Part shown: in pieces, positions 35,337-47,169 of the stretch
Position numbering within the stretch: position 1 is the stretch's first letter
How the letters are laid out: each line of letters opens with the position of its first letter
Translations under genes and position numbers: made by a program
Notes under the pieces: model-generated
Told to the model about the DNA's origin: nothing
The model's input: the letters and a program-made list of their open reading frames with translations, nothing else
The model's database searches: none
NCBI GenBank assembly: GCA_913775025.1
Contig: CAJYJW010000086.1
Coordinates: 27,205 to 91,204 of the forward strand
Length of the DNA stretch: 64,000 nucleotides
Origin: an uncultured Sphingomonas sp.
GTDB lineage: Bacteria; Pseudomonadota; Alphaproteobacteria; Sphingomonadales; Sphingomonadaceae
Reading direction: 5' to 3'

Positions 35337-36575
35337 TCAGCCGACGATTCCTCGCTGGCGAAGCCCCGCGATCGCCGCCGCATCGAGACCCAGCTTTCGG
35401 CCGAGCACGGCCTCGCCATCCGCGCCCAGCGCCGGTGGCGCCACGTAGCGGTCGATCGGCGTCTTCGAGAAGCGGAGCGGATTGGCGATGACCGGGAGCG
35501 TGCCGGCTTCCGGATGCGGAATCTTGCGGAGCATCTCGCGCGCTACGATCTGTGGCTCGGCAAGTGCCCCCTCGATATCGTTGACGTAGCTTACAGGCAC
35601 GCCGGCGGCATCGATCGCCGCCACCCAGTGCGCCGCCGGGCGCGTGGCGAACACGGCGTCGAGGATAGGCAGAATCTGCTTGCGATTCTCGATCCTGAGC
35701 GGCCCCGTGCAGAACCGCGGGTCATTGAACAGGTCCGGGCGCTCGATCGCGTCGCAGAAGCGTTCATATTGTGCGTTGTTGCCGACCACGACGAAGATCT
35801 GGCGATCCGCGCATTGGAAGGCTTGGCTTGGGATGCCACCATAGCCGCCATTGCCGCGCCGTTCGGGCATCTCGCCGGTGATCAGGAAGTTCTGCGCGAA
35901 GTGGGACAAAGCAGCAAAGCCGCAGTCGAGCAGCGACATGTCGATCGCCTGGCCGCCGCCGCCCGCGTCGCGGTGACGGAGCGCGGCCAGGATGGCGATC
36001 ACCGAATTATAGGCGGTGAGGATGTCGACCATCGAAATGCCGACCTTCATCGGGCCGCCGCCGGGCACGTCGTCAGGATGGCCGGAAACACTCATCATGC
36101 CGCTCATCGCCTGGAAGATGCCGTCGTAGCCGGGCTTCTTGGCGAGCGGCCCGGTCTGGCCGAACCCGGTGATCGAGCAGTAGACGAGATCGGGGTTCAC
36201 GGCGAGCAGCGCTTCGGCATCAAGGCCGTAGCGGGCGAGGGTTCCCACCTTGAAGTTCTCGATCACGACGTCCGACTTGGCCGCCAGGCCCCGGATCAGC
36301 GCCTGACCTTCCGGCCGGCCGATATCGATCGCCACCGATTCCTTGTTGCGGTTGCAGGACAGGAAAAAGCCAGCATCGCGGGTCGATCTGCCGTTACGAT
36401 CCTTGAGGAACGGCGGGCCCATGTCGCGAGCGTCGTCGCCCTTGTCCGGCCGCTCGACCTTTATCACCTCGGCGCCGAGATCACCCAGCATCTGGCCCAC
36501 GAGCGGCCCGGCGAGGATCCGGCTGAGGTCCAATATGCGCAGTCCGGCGAGTGCCCCCGGCATCATCTTCCCCAT
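35337..36575 (-). CDS. family III CoA-transferase (CaiB/BaiF/Frc type)
   Basis: 412 aa. Motif LAGLRILDLSRILAGPLVGQMLGDLGAEVIKVERP. The pattern matches family III throughout. Confidence 0.9.
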   Translation of the reverse strand: MGKMMPGALAGLRILDLSRILAGPLVGQMLGDLGAEVIKVERPDKGDDARDMGPPFLKDRNGRSTRDAGFFLSCNRNKESVAIDIGRPEGQALIRGLAAKSDVVIENFKVGTLARYGLDAEALLAVNPDLVYCSITGFGQTGPLAKKPGYDGIFQAMSGMMSVSGHPDDVPGGGPMKVGISMVDILTAYNSVIAILAALRHRDAGGGGQAIDMSLLDCGFAALSHFAQNFLITGEMPERRGNGGYGGIPSQAFQCADRQIFVVVGNNAQYERFCDAIERPDLFNDPRFCTGPLRIENRKQILPILDAVFATRPAAHWVAAIDAAGVPVSYVNDIEGALAEPQIVAREMLRKIPHPEAGTLPVIANPLRFSKTPIDRYVAPPALGADGEAVLGRKLGLDAAAIAGLRQRGIVG

Positions 36576-36639
36576 CTATTGTCCGCCGTCGGCGTCTTTG
36601 CGCAAAACCGTAGTCGCGGCTGTCCGGACCATCCACCCC

Positions 36640-38138
<1,499 letters not shown>

Positions 38139-38471
38139 ACCGCCTGCATCGAGTCCGGGCCGATCCGACCAGCAGCGGCTGGACGGCTCGTGCCTGGGTC
38201 ATGCCATCCACGCCTGGGTCGGCCAGCTCTTCATTCGGGTACGTACAGACGGCGTGGTGACGACGGTCGTGATCGACACGATATCGCCGGTCCGCCCGTG
38301 CCCCTTCGGAGCAGACACGGGGCAGGGATGTCAGCGAATGGACGTCGCAACAGCGGACGACCCGGTTTTGGGAAATTCTAGCTAGCCAGCGTTGTCGTGC
38401 AGGGGCATCGCGGCCGTGGCGGGAAGTGGACCGCGTCTTTCTATGCAGCGGGATGGCTCGCGCCGGCGAGG

Positions 38472-39212
38472 TCAGCCCCGGAAGTCGATCGCGTAGCGGT
38501 AGCGTTCCGGATGGTAGCGGACATACGCGACCTCGATCGGGGTATCCGGATCCGCATAATAGATGCGCTTGACGCGCAGTATCGGCGTGGCGGGGTCGAT
38601 ACCCAGATGCAGTCCGGCTTCTTCCCCCGCCTGATCGGGCTGGATGAACTGCTCAGCACGGCTCAGCTTGGCCTGAAGGGCCTTCTCCACCTGCCGGACG
38701 ACCGGCACCTCCTTGCGCAGGTTTTCGGCAAAGCCCTCGCCCACTTCCTGGGGAACCCAGATATTGAGAAAGGCGACGGGGCCCTGTCCTTCCAGATTGC
38801 CGACCATCTTCAGGCGCACCACATCCTGCCCGGGGATTAGCCGCAGGCTCTTGCCGACGTCGAGTGGTGCCGGCTCGGTGGTGATCGAGAGCGTCCGGGT
38901 GTCGAGAGCGGCGGCGGCGGCGAGGAACTCGCGCAGCGATCCGGTCAGGTGGTTGTTTATTCCGCCCGGCCGCTCGGCGACGAACGAGCCGACCCCTCGC
39001 CGACGCTCGATCAGCCGGTCTTCCCGCAGCGCGGCGAGCGCCCGACGCACGGTGATTCGGCTCACCCCATATTGGCTGCAGATCATGTCCTCTGTCGGCA
39101 GCGGGGCCCCGGGTTCGAACTCGCAACTTGCGATTCGCTCGCGCAGATGCTGCTCCAGCTGGTAGTAGAGCGGAACCGGTCCGTCCTTGAGAATGTCCTT
39201 CCAAGCGCTCAT
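38472..39212 (-). CDS. GntR-family (HutC/UTRA subfamily) transcriptional regulator
   Basis: 246 aa. wHTH: LPTEDMICSQYGVSRITVRRALAAL. The C-terminal domain has UTRA-like length. Confidence 0.9.
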   Translation of the reverse strand: MSAWKDILKDGPVPLYYQLEQHLRERIASCEFEPGAPLPTEDMICSQYGVSRITVRRALAALREDRLIERRRGVGSFVAERPGGINNHLTGSLREFLAAAAALDTRTLSITTEPAPLDVGKSLRLIPGQDVVRLKMVGNLEGQGPVAFLNIWVPQEVGEGFAENLRKEVPVVRQVEKALQAKLSRAEQFIQPDQAGEEAGLHLGIDPATPILRVKRIYYADPDTPIEVAYVRYHPERYRYAIDFRG

Positions 39213-40320
39213 TACCGTGCCCGCGCCTCCATCCTTCCCGTGCTCCCGAATGACGTCTCACACCATCCAAATTGTTACCACCGCGCATGCACCGGGCGGC
39301 AAGGGGGATCAACCCGGCGATATCTCGGCAGCAGAGGGGCTCAACCGGGCTCGGCAGACGGCCGATGATCGCGAGCGCGCTGCGGCCTGCTGTCACCCAC
39401 GGCCGGCGGTCGGGAGGCCGCATGCCGAAGATGACCTCAACGGCCGCGGCGGTCCTGGAGGCCAAGCGGTTATTCAACGCCGCCCTCGTCCTACGAAAGA
39501 CGGCCAAACCCACCTGTCGAGCGGCCTTCTTCGCGATAGATCCGCGAAGGTGACGCGAACTCTGCTGTCGCCGCCGAAGGCCCCCTGCTCACCGTCCGTC
39601 TAGGCGCGATGGTGAAGAATCGGCGAATGGTCTCGCTTAAAACATAGTTTCCCTCAAAGGGTTGGCGATCGCGCGGTTCGCCGTCGCGCTGATTTCAGCG
39701 GGCCGCTCGGCGGTGAGCGCCGCGTCGTAAAAGCCGATCGCGAGACATCGGCTGATCGGCATAATCCATGCTCGGCTGACTAGAGACGTGGCGAAAGCGC
39801 TGAACGATGTGACGGACCACCGACGTACGCCCCGAAAGCGCGGTCATCGGCGGCTCTTCCTGAGCTGCGCGGCATGCGGCAGCGCGGCGGCGTCGCCACT
39901 CGCCCCGACTAGCGCCGCCGGGTGCTTGGCGACGCGAAAAGCGCGCGAGCGGCGCAAGCGCGGTGGGCTCGACACGGGGCAGCTGGACGACCTGGGACCG
40001 GTCAGTCGCCGCGATCGCGAGGTCGCGGTGTAAGATTGCGCGACCGTCGGGGACCGGCTCAGCGTTTTAGTGAGAAGACGGTCGTTGCATCGCACCGGCG
40101 ATATCCGGATCGTCGCACAGGATCGACCGGCTCGCCTGGCGGAGAGCGTGCCTGACAAGCAACGTGGCTGCATTGACATGGAAGAGACAGGGCAAGTCGA
40201 CCACCGCGATCTCAACCACTTGCGTTGCCCGTCTGGCCTGAGGCATCAGCTGCGCCGATCCAAGATCCGCGCCGGGGTCCGGCCGTTGCGTATCACCCGA
40301 CGCTGTCATAGTCGCAAGCC

Positions 40321-41202
40321 ATGCCAGCCTCCATGCCCCCCGCTGCCGCCTCGACCGTCGACGATCCCGCGTCGCTGTTCACGCTCGAGCAGCTGGACGC
40401 CGACCTCTTCCAGAACCCGGTGAGCGGCTTCGCGCCCAACAACCACCTTTTCGGCGGACAGGTGCTTGGTCAGGCTCTGCTGGCCGCGACCCGGACCGTG
40501 CCGGAGGCGCGCCCCGCCCACTCGCTGCACGCCTATTTTCTACGCGCGGGCGACGCGAGCAAGCGCGTCAGCTTCCGCGTCGACACCCTGCGCGACGGGC
40601 GCAGCTTCTCCGCACGGCGCGTCCGGGCGACGCAGAGCGGCGCGGTGATCCTCGAGATGCTGGCCTCCTTCCACGTCGAGGAAAGCGGTGGCCTCGTCCA
40701 TTCCGTGCCGCTGCCGTCGGAAGCGCCTGATCCTGAAACGCTGATGACGCTCGACGCCGCAGTAGCGAACGGCGCCGACGGGATCGCGCGGACGATCCGC
40801 GACCGTCTCGACGGGATCCGCGGTATCGAGGTCCGGCCGTTGCAGACGCCCGGCACCGCGACCAAAGGGTCTCGCCGCCGCTTCTGGGTAAGGATGCCGG
40901 CGCTCGCCAAGGTCGACGATCCCGCGATCCACCAGCTCTTTCTGGTCTATCTGTCGGATTACTGGTTCGCCGGCGGCGCGGTGGTGCCGCACGAGCAGCG
41001 AATCAGCCCGAAGTATCCCAAGATGGCGAGCGTCGACCACTCGTTGTGGTTCCACGCAGCGGGCCGCGCCGACGACTGGCTGCTTTATGACATCGAAAGC
41101 CCGCATGCCGGCAACATGCTGGGAACGGTGCGGGGTGCCCTGTTCGATCGCGCGGGCCGACTACTGCTGGGCAGCGCTCAGCAGGTGTTGATGCGCATGT
41201 GA
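40321..41202 (+). CDS. tesB: acyl-CoA thioesterase II
   Basis: 293 aa. HSLHAYFLRAGDASKRVSFRVDTLRDGRSFSARRVRATQSG closely parallels the E. coli TesB block HSFHSYFLRPGD...RDGNSFSARRV. Confidence 0.88.
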   Translation: MPASMPPAAASTVDDPASLFTLEQLDADLFQNPVSGFAPNNHLFGGQVLGQALLAATRTVPEARPAHSLHAYFLRAGDASKRVSFRVDTLRDGRSFSARRVRATQSGAVILEMLASFHVEESGGLVHSVPLPSEAPDPETLMTLDAAVANGADGIARTIRDRLDGIRGIEVRPLQTPGTATKGSRRRFWVRMPALAKVDDPAIHQLFLVYLSDYWFAGGAVVPHEQRISPKYPKMASVDHSLWFHAAGRADDWLLYDIESPHAGNMLGTVRGALFDRAGRLLLGSAQQVLMRM

Positions 41203-41366
41203 CGCGCCATATCGCGCCTGTGATAAACGGCGTCGGCCTTTGATGCTAGGGCGGTTTTTGCCAAATAGGCGACGTCCGTCACCACCCAGCTGAGGTAGCC
41301 GTTCTGCAAACCTTCGCCGCCGAACCTCTCCGATGGCCGGAGACCGCGCCGGCGCTGCGCGCCCAG

Positions 41367-42443
41367 GTGCGGGCGCTCGTCGCCGAACATGTCGACACCG
41401 CCGATCCGCGACGGTTGGCGAACGGCTGGGCGGTGCCCGATCCCGCCTTCAGTCGCGCGCTCGGCGCTGCGGGACTGATCGGCATGACGTGGCCGAAGGC
41501 CTATGGCGGACATGAGCGCAGCCCGCTGGAGCGCTACGTCGTGCTGGAGGAGCTGCTGGCCGCCGGCGCCCCGGTCGGCGCGCATTGGATAGCCGATCGC
41601 CAGACCGGCGCGCTGTTGCTGCGCTACGGGCATGAGGATCAGAAGGCGCGGTGGGTGCCCGGAATGGCGGCCGGCGAGATTTACGCCTGCATCGGCCTGT
41701 CGGAACCGAATGCCGGCTCCGACCTTGCCTCGGTGCGGACGACCGCGCGGCGCGAAGGCGAGGAGTGGGTGATCGACGGCCAGAAGGTCTGGACCACCAA
41801 CGCTCACCACGCCCACGTCATGATCGCACTCGTCCGCTCGGAGGCTGGTTCGGAACGGAACGCCGGCCTCAGCCAGTTCGTGATCCCGATGGACGCGCCC
41901 GGCGTCACCGTCCGACCGATCATCGACCTGACCGGCGGCCATGATTTCAACGAGGTTTTCCTCGAATCGGTGCGACTGCCGGCGACGGCGCTGGTCGGCG
42001 TCGAGGGCGACGGCTGGCGGCAGGTGACCGCCGAGCTCTCGCTCGAGCGGTCCGGGCCCGAGCGCTATCTATCCTCGACAGCGCTCGTGCTTCAGCTGAT
42101 TGATTACGCGCGCGTTCATCCGTCCGAGTCGTTGACCGCTCTGGTCGCGCGGTTGGCCGCCGAGACGTGGACACTCCGGCTGATGTCGGCCTCGGTCGCC
42201 AACAAGATTGCCCGTGGCGAGGATCCCGCGCTAGAGGCGACGATGGTCAAGGACCTCGGCAACAGCTTCGAGCAGGCGATCCCGGAACTGGTGCAGGCGG
42301 CGGTGGAGGTCGACCCCGCCGGGCCGGAGCCGCTCGGCCTGGTGCTCGGCCACCTTCTCCAGCTCTCGCCGTCCTTTTCGCTGCGCGGCGGCACGCGCGA
42401 AATCCTGAAGGGCATCATCGCGCGGGGGTTAGGTCTCAGATGA
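41367..42443 (+). CDS. acyl-CoA dehydrogenase (alpha-type partner of second pair)
   Basis: Motifs: GLSEPNAGSDLASVRTTARREGEEWVIDGQKVWTTNAH; C-terminal LRGGTREIL. The start is uncertain. GTG 41367 has no SD, and ACAD-like sequence (..LRWPETAPALRAQ) continues upstream in frame, where the only candidate is CTG 41304 (GAGGT 7 nt upstream). Confidence 0.85.
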   Translation: MRALVAEHVDTADPRRLANGWAVPDPAFSRALGAAGLIGMTWPKAYGGHERSPLERYVVLEELLAAGAPVGAHWIADRQTGALLLRYGHEDQKARWVPGMAAGEIYACIGLSEPNAGSDLASVRTTARREGEEWVIDGQKVWTTNAHHAHVMIALVRSEAGSERNAGLSQFVIPMDAPGVTVRPIIDLTGGHDFNEVFLESVRLPATALVGVEGDGWRQVTAELSLERSGPERYLSSTALVLQLIDYARVHPSESLTALVARLAAETWTLRLMSASVANKIARGEDPALEATMVKDLGNSFEQAIPELVQAAVEVDPAGPEPLGLVLGHLLQLSPSFSLRGGTREILKGIIARGLGLR

Positions 42444-43408
42444 ACGAACAGCAGCAGATGCTCTCGGAGATGGCGGACGGACTGTTCGCGGAGCATGGGC
42501 CGACGGCGACCGTCGAGAGCGGCTGGCCGGCGATCGCCGAGGTCGCGCTCGATGGGCTGCTGCTCGCCGAGGATCAGGGTGGGTTCGGCGGCAGCTGGGA
42601 GGAGGCGCTGACGGTCTTTCGCCTAGCGGGTTATCATGCGATCGCGCTGCCGGTGGTCGAGGCCATCGTCGCCGCCGCGCTCGCCAGGCGTTCGGACGGT
42701 CGCGGCACGGTCGCCGCGGTCACCGAAGGTCGGATCGTGGGCGATCGGTTCAGCGGCACGCTCTCCGGCATCCCTTGGGGAGGCGGCGCGGACTATGTCG
42801 TCGCACCCGCGCCCGATGGTGGTGCGATCGTCGTTGCGGCGCAAGCGGGGACGCTCGATACCGGCCGGAACATCGCCGGCGAGCCGCGCGATCGGCTGAC
42901 CGTCCAAGACGCTCCCGTCGCCCGGCTGGAGGGAAACCCATTCGCGCTGATGGCGCTCGCGCGGGTGGCGCAGATCGCCGGCGCGCTCGACGCGACACTG
43001 GCGCTCTCGGTCGGCTACGTCAACGAGCGCAAGCAGTTTGGCCGGCCGCTTGCCAAATTCCAGGCGGTTCAGCAGGCGCTTGCCAGCTTCGCCTGCGAGG
43101 CCGCCGCCGCCAACTGCGCGGCGATGGGCGCGGCGCAGGCGATGTCGCGCGGTTCGGCGCCCTTCGAGATCGCTGCCGCCAAGCTGCGCGCCAACCGCGC
43201 GATCGGCACCGGTACCGCGCTGGCCCACCAGGTGCATGGCGCGATCGGTTTCACCGAAGAATATCAGCTCCATCCCCTTACCCGTCGCCTCTGGGCTTGG
43301 CGATCCGAGTTCGGCGGCGACGCCTATTGGTCCGCACAGCTCGGCGGCCCGATCGTCGCGGCCGGATCGTCCGCCTTTTGGTCCGGCCTTACCGCGCTCA
43401 CCGGCTGA
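42440..43408 (+). CDS. acyl-CoA dehydrogenase-fold protein (beta-type partner)
   Basis: The ATG at 42440 overlaps the previous stop (ATGA). 322 aa. Motifs: ERKQFGRPLAKFQAVQQALA, HQVHGAIGFTEEY. Shorter than a canonical ACAD. Confidence 0.8.
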   Translation: MNEQQQMLSEMADGLFAEHGPTATVESGWPAIAEVALDGLLLAEDQGGFGGSWEEALTVFRLAGYHAIALPVVEAIVAAALARRSDGRGTVAAVTEGRIVGDRFSGTLSGIPWGGGADYVVAPAPDGGAIVVAAQAGTLDTGRNIAGEPRDRLTVQDAPVARLEGNPFALMALARVAQIAGALDATLALSVGYVNERKQFGRPLAKFQAVQQALASFACEAAAANCAAMGAAQAMSRGSAPFEIAAAKLRANRAIGTGTALAHQVHGAIGFTEEYQLHPLTRRLWAWRSEFGGDAYWSAQLGGPIVAAGSSAFWSGLTALTG

Positions 43409-43468
43409 ACCGTAGCCTGCCGGCGCATCCGTTGTGCCGGCCTCACCCTTCCGGAGAAGGCCCCTTCC

Positions 43469-44647
43469 ATGCCCGAAGCCGTCATCGTCGCCACCGCTCG
43501 CACCGCCATCGGAAAGGCTGGGCGTGGCGCGCTCAACAATCTGGACGGGGCCGACCTCGGCGCGCTTGTCATTCGCGAAGCGATCCGCCGCGCCGGCCTG
43601 GAAAACGGCGAGATCGATGACGTCCTGCTCGGCGCGGCCCGGCTCGAAGGGCCGCAAGGTGGCAATATCGGCCGCACGGCCGCGTTACGCGCCGGGCTGC
43701 CGGTGTCGGTGGCGGGCGTGTCGCTCGACCGCAAATGCGCGTCCGGTCTCAACACCATCGCAATCGCGGCCAACAGCGTGCGGACCGGTGAAGGCGACAT
43801 CTACGTTGCCGGCGGGCTCGACAGCTGCTCGCTGGCGTTACCGAACTCGCGCGGGGACCGCTTGGAGAACCCCTGGATCACGGAGCATGTCGCCGGTGCC
43901 TACGACTCGATGATCCAGACAGCCGAGACCGTCGCCAAGCGCTACGGGATCGGTCGCGAGGCGCAGGACGACTATTCGCTGCTCAGCCAGCAGCGCACCG
44001 CCGCCGCCCAGGATGCCGGTCGCCTCGACGCCGAGATCGTGCCGGTCACCGTCACGAGGCTGGTCAAGGACAAGGCCGGCGCGGTCACCGGTGAGGAGGA
44101 GGTCACGTTATCGCGCGACGAAGGCAATCGCCCCTCCACCACCCTTGAGGGTCTGGCCTCGTTGAAGCCGGTGATGGAAGGCGGCACCATCACCGCAGGC
44201 AATGCGAGCCAGCTGTCCGACGGATCCAGCGTTTGCGTGGTGATGAGCGAAGGTGAGGCGGCCCGGCGCGGCCTGGCGCCGCTCGGCGTCTTCCGCGGCT
44301 TCGCCGTCGCCGGCTGCGGCCCGGACGAGATGGGGATCGGCCCGGTCTTCGCGGTGCCCAAGCTGCTCGCTCGCGCCGGGCTGACGATCGATGACATCGG
44401 CCTGTGGGAGATGAACGAGGCGTTCGCCGTGCAGGTGATCTACTGTCGCGACAAACTCGGCATCGATCCGGCACGACTCAACGTCGATGGCGGCGCGATC
44501 TCGATCGGGCATCCGTTCGGTATGTCGGGATCGCGGATGGTCGGCCACGCGCTGATCGAGGCCAAGCGGCGTGGAGAGCGCTACGCCGTCGTCACCATGT
44601 GCGCGGCGGGCGGCATGGGTGCCGCCGGCCTGTTCGAGGTGGCCTGA
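43469..44647 (+). CDS. acetyl-CoA C-acyltransferase (3-ketoacyl-CoA thiolase)
   Basis: 392 aa. Motifs: active-site [40 protein letters not shown]. Confidence 0.92.
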   Translation: MPEAVIVATARTAIGKAGRGALNNLDGADLGALVIREAIRRAGLENGEIDDVLLGAARLEGPQGGNIGRTAALRAGLPVSVAGVSLDRKCASGLNTIAIAANSVRTGEGDIYVAGGLDSCSLALPNSRGDRLENPWITEHVAGAYDSMIQTAETVAKRYGIGREAQDDYSLLSQQRTAAAQDAGRLDAEIVPVTVTRLVKDKAGAVTGEEEVTLSRDEGNRPSTTLEGLASLKPVMEGGTITAGNASQLSDGSSVCVVMSEGEAARRGLAPLGVFRGFAVAGCGPDEMGIGPVFAVPKLLARAGLTIDDIGLWEMNEAFAVQVIYCRDKLGIDPARLNVDGGAISIGHPFGMSGSRMVGHALIEAKRRGERYAVVTMCAAGGMGAAGLFEVA

Positions 44648-44750
44648 ACAGCGCAGGGCCGGAGGTCCATCACGTCGGCGATATGGTCGAGGTCGCCTTG
44701 TCGGTCTTGTTTGCCACCGACAGTGTCGGAGCGAGAGAGCGGGGGAGCAG

Positions 44751-45746
44751 GTGACGGCGCACGACGTCAGGATCGACATCGGCCGGATAGGCGACCTGAT
44801 GCTGGGCAGCATGGCCGCGACCCTCTACCTGCCCGCGTCGGACCGGTGTCTGAACCGCCCGATCCTCGTCTTCGCGGTGCCGGGGGGCGGCTACTCGCGC
44901 GGCTATTTCGACATGCGCTTCGCCGGCCATGACGGCTACAGCCAGGCTGCGGACCATGTCGCGCGCGGCATCGTGTTCGTTGCGGTCGACCATATCGGCG
45001 TCGGCGACAGCAGCACGGACCGGAACGATTGGCTTCAGTTCGAGCATCTTGCGGCAAGCTACGATCGCTGCTGCCGAGCGATCCTCGATGGCCTGCGATC
45101 GGGGGCGCTCATTGAGGGTATGAACCCGATCGTGCCCGGCGTCGTGATCGGCATCGGCCAGTCGATGGGCGGCTGCGTCTCGATCCTCACCCAGGCGGCG
45201 CACGCAACCTTCGACGCGATCGCCGTGCTGGGTTACAGCGCGATTCACACGCGCCTGCCACAGCGCGACGCCGCGCAGGAGGCGGCGAACCTCGCGGTCG
45301 CCAGCGAACTGAGCCGCGGAAGCTCCGGCCGATCACCCCTCGACGTGACGATGCAGGACTATGTCTATCCCTTTCACTGGGAAGACGTGCCGCCGGACAT
45401 CCTGACCGCCGACATGGGCGGCGGCTATCCGCTGCGGCGGGTGATCCCGCCGTTCGGCAGCGCCACCATGCCGGATTGCACCGTCCAGATGATGATCCCG
45501 GCCGTCGTCGCCGCCGAAGCCGGATCGATTACGGTGCCGGTGTTCGTCGGCAATGGCGCGCGCGACGTGTGCCCGGATCCACGCGCGGAGCCGGGGGCCT
45601 ACACCGCCGCCACCGATATCACGACGGTCATCGTGCCGAAGATGGCGCACATGCACAATTTCGCCTCGACCCGCCAACAGCTATGGGACCGGCTCGCCAG
45701 CTGGTACCGGACGGTCGCCGGCGGCCAGCCGGAGGACGCCGCATGA
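44751..45746 (+). CDS. alpha/beta-fold hydrolase
   Basis: GTG at 44751 after GGGGAGCAG. 331 aa. Nucleophile elbow GIGQSMGG. The N-terminal part of the track ORF (from 44571) overlaps the thiolase gene and is rejected. Confidence 0.7.
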   Translation: MTAHDVRIDIGRIGDLMLGSMAATLYLPASDRCLNRPILVFAVPGGGYSRGYFDMRFAGHDGYSQAADHVARGIVFVAVDHIGVGDSSTDRNDWLQFEHLAASYDRCCRAILDGLRSGALIEGMNPIVPGVVIGIGQSMGGCVSILTQAAHATFDAIAVLGYSAIHTRLPQRDAAQEAANLAVASELSRGSSGRSPLDVTMQDYVYPFHWEDVPPDILTADMGGGYPLRRVIPPFGSATMPDCTVQMMIPAVVAAEAGSITVPVFVGNGARDVCPDPRAEPGAYTAATDITTVIVPKMAHMHNFASTRQQLWDRLASWYRTVAGGQPEDAA

Positions 45747-46192
45747 CCGACCTGCCCACCCGCACCGACTATCGCTGGCAGCTCGAAATCCCGACGCGCT
45801 GGATGGATTGCGACGCCTACGGCCACGTCAACAACGCCATCTACTACGCGATGATGGATCAGGTGGTGACGGTCTACATCCTTCAGGCCGGCGTGATTGC
45901 GATGGGCACGTCGCCATCGATCGGCCTGTGCGTCGCCAGCGCCTGCGACTTCCACCGCAGCATCGAGTTCCCGCAGATCGTCGATGCGCGCCTGCGCGCC
46001 GGGCGGGTCGGCGGCAAGAGCGTCCGCTACGAGATCGGCTTGTTCACCCCCGGCGAAGAGAGCCCGGCGGCGACCGGCCACTTCGTCCACGTCTACGTCG
46101 ACCGGGAATCACGCCGTCCGGTCGAGCTTACCGCCGACCAGCGCGTGGCGCTGCACTCCCTCCTCCTCGACGCTTCGGGACCCCAAGCATGA
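45743..46192 (+). CDS. YbgC/4HBT-type hotdog acyl-CoA thioesterase
   Basis: The ATG at 45743 overlaps the previous stop (ATGA). 149 aa. Motif DCDAYGHVNNAIYYAMMD. Confidence 0.85.
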   Translation: MTDLPTRTDYRWQLEIPTRWMDCDAYGHVNNAIYYAMMDQVVTVYILQAGVIAMGTSPSIGLCVASACDFHRSIEFPQIVDARLRAGRVGGKSVRYEIGLFTPGEESPAATGHFVHVYVDRESRRPVELTADQRVALHSLLLDASGPQA

Positions 46193-47166
46193 CCGAGATT
46201 CGTTTCGACAACCGCGTCGCCATCGTCACCGGGGCTGGCAACGGGCTCGGCCGCAGCTATGCGCTGGAATTGGCACGACGCGGCGCCAAGGTAATCGTCA
46301 ACGATCTCGGCGGTTCCTCGTCGGGGCAAGGCGCCTCGCCAGGTGCGGCCGACCGCGTGGTTGACGAGATCCGAGCCGCCGGCGGAGAGGCCGTGGCAAG
46401 CCATGACAGCGTCGCGACGCGTGAGGGCGGCGCGGCCATCGTGCAGACGGCGCTCGACAGCTTCGGTCAGGTCGACATCCTGATCAGCAATGCCGGCTTC
46501 CTGCGCAACAGCCGGTTCGAGGATCTCACCGACGCGCAGATCGATCCTATCTTGGATGTGCATCTGAAGGCCGCTTTTTATGTTGGCCAACCCGCTTACC
46601 GGGCGATGCGCGCGCGTAATTACGGCCGGATGCTGTTCACCGGCTCGGCCTCCGCGATGTTCGGCCACGCTTGGCAGGCCAACTACGCCGCCGGGAAAGG
46701 CGGGCTGATGGGGCTTAGCCACGTCGTCGCGATCGAAGGATCGGCCTACGGCATCCAATCGAACCTGCTGCTGCCGACCGCCGTCTCCCGCCTGGCGGAC
46801 GAGATGGACACGGGCTACACCGAGATTCCGATGTTTGCCGAGGCGATTGGCCAAGCCGAGTTCGGCGTGGTCGGCAGCCGAACCGTGCCGGAGTTCAACA
46901 CGTCGCTCGCGCTCTATCTCGTCAGCGAGGCCTGCTCGGCGACCCACGGCATCTACTCATCGAACGCCGGGCGTTATGCCCGCGTGCGGATCTGCGCGGG
47001 CGAAGGTTGGCACGCCACGCGCGGCGACGCTCCGCCGAGTTTGGAGGACGTCGCCGCCCATTTCGCCGAGATCGAGGATAGCAGCCGGCCGGCCGAGCCG
47101 ATGACCGTCTATGACGAGATCGTCGAGGTCACCGCCAGCGGCCGCCGGGCCGGCGTGTTCGACTAA
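46189..47166 (+). CDS. MFE-2 / 17beta-HSD4-type (R)-3-hydroxyacyl-CoA dehydrogenase (SDR)
   Basis: The ATG at 46189 overlaps the previous stop (ATGA). [37 protein letters not shown]....[14 protein letters not shown]....[27 protein letters not shown] parallels the dehydrogenase domain of multifunctional enzyme type 2. Confidence 0.9.
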   Translation: MTEIRFDNRVAIVTGAGNGLGRSYALELARRGAKVIVNDLGGSSSGQGASPGAADRVVDEIRAAGGEAVASHDSVATREGGAAIVQTALDSFGQVDILISNAGFLRNSRFEDLTDAQIDPILDVHLKAAFYVGQPAYRAMRARNYGRMLFTGSASAMFGHAWQANYAAGKGGLMGLSHVVAIEGSAYGIQSNLLLPTAVSRLADEMDTGYTEIPMFAEAIGQAEFGVVGSRTVPEFNTSLALYLVSEACSATHGIYSSNAGRYARVRICAGEGWHATRGDAPPSLEDVAAHFAEIEDSSRPAEPMTVYDEIVEVTASGRRAGVFD

Positions 47167-47169
47167 AAA

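Noticed and set aside
40067-40309. 80-aa ORF considered as a PIN/VapC-like toxin (..DPDIAGAMQR..)
   Set aside because: Only a vague resemblance to the D..IAA.A motif. There are no acidic catalytic residues in the expected positions, no adjacent antitoxin ORF, and only intermediate third-position G+C.
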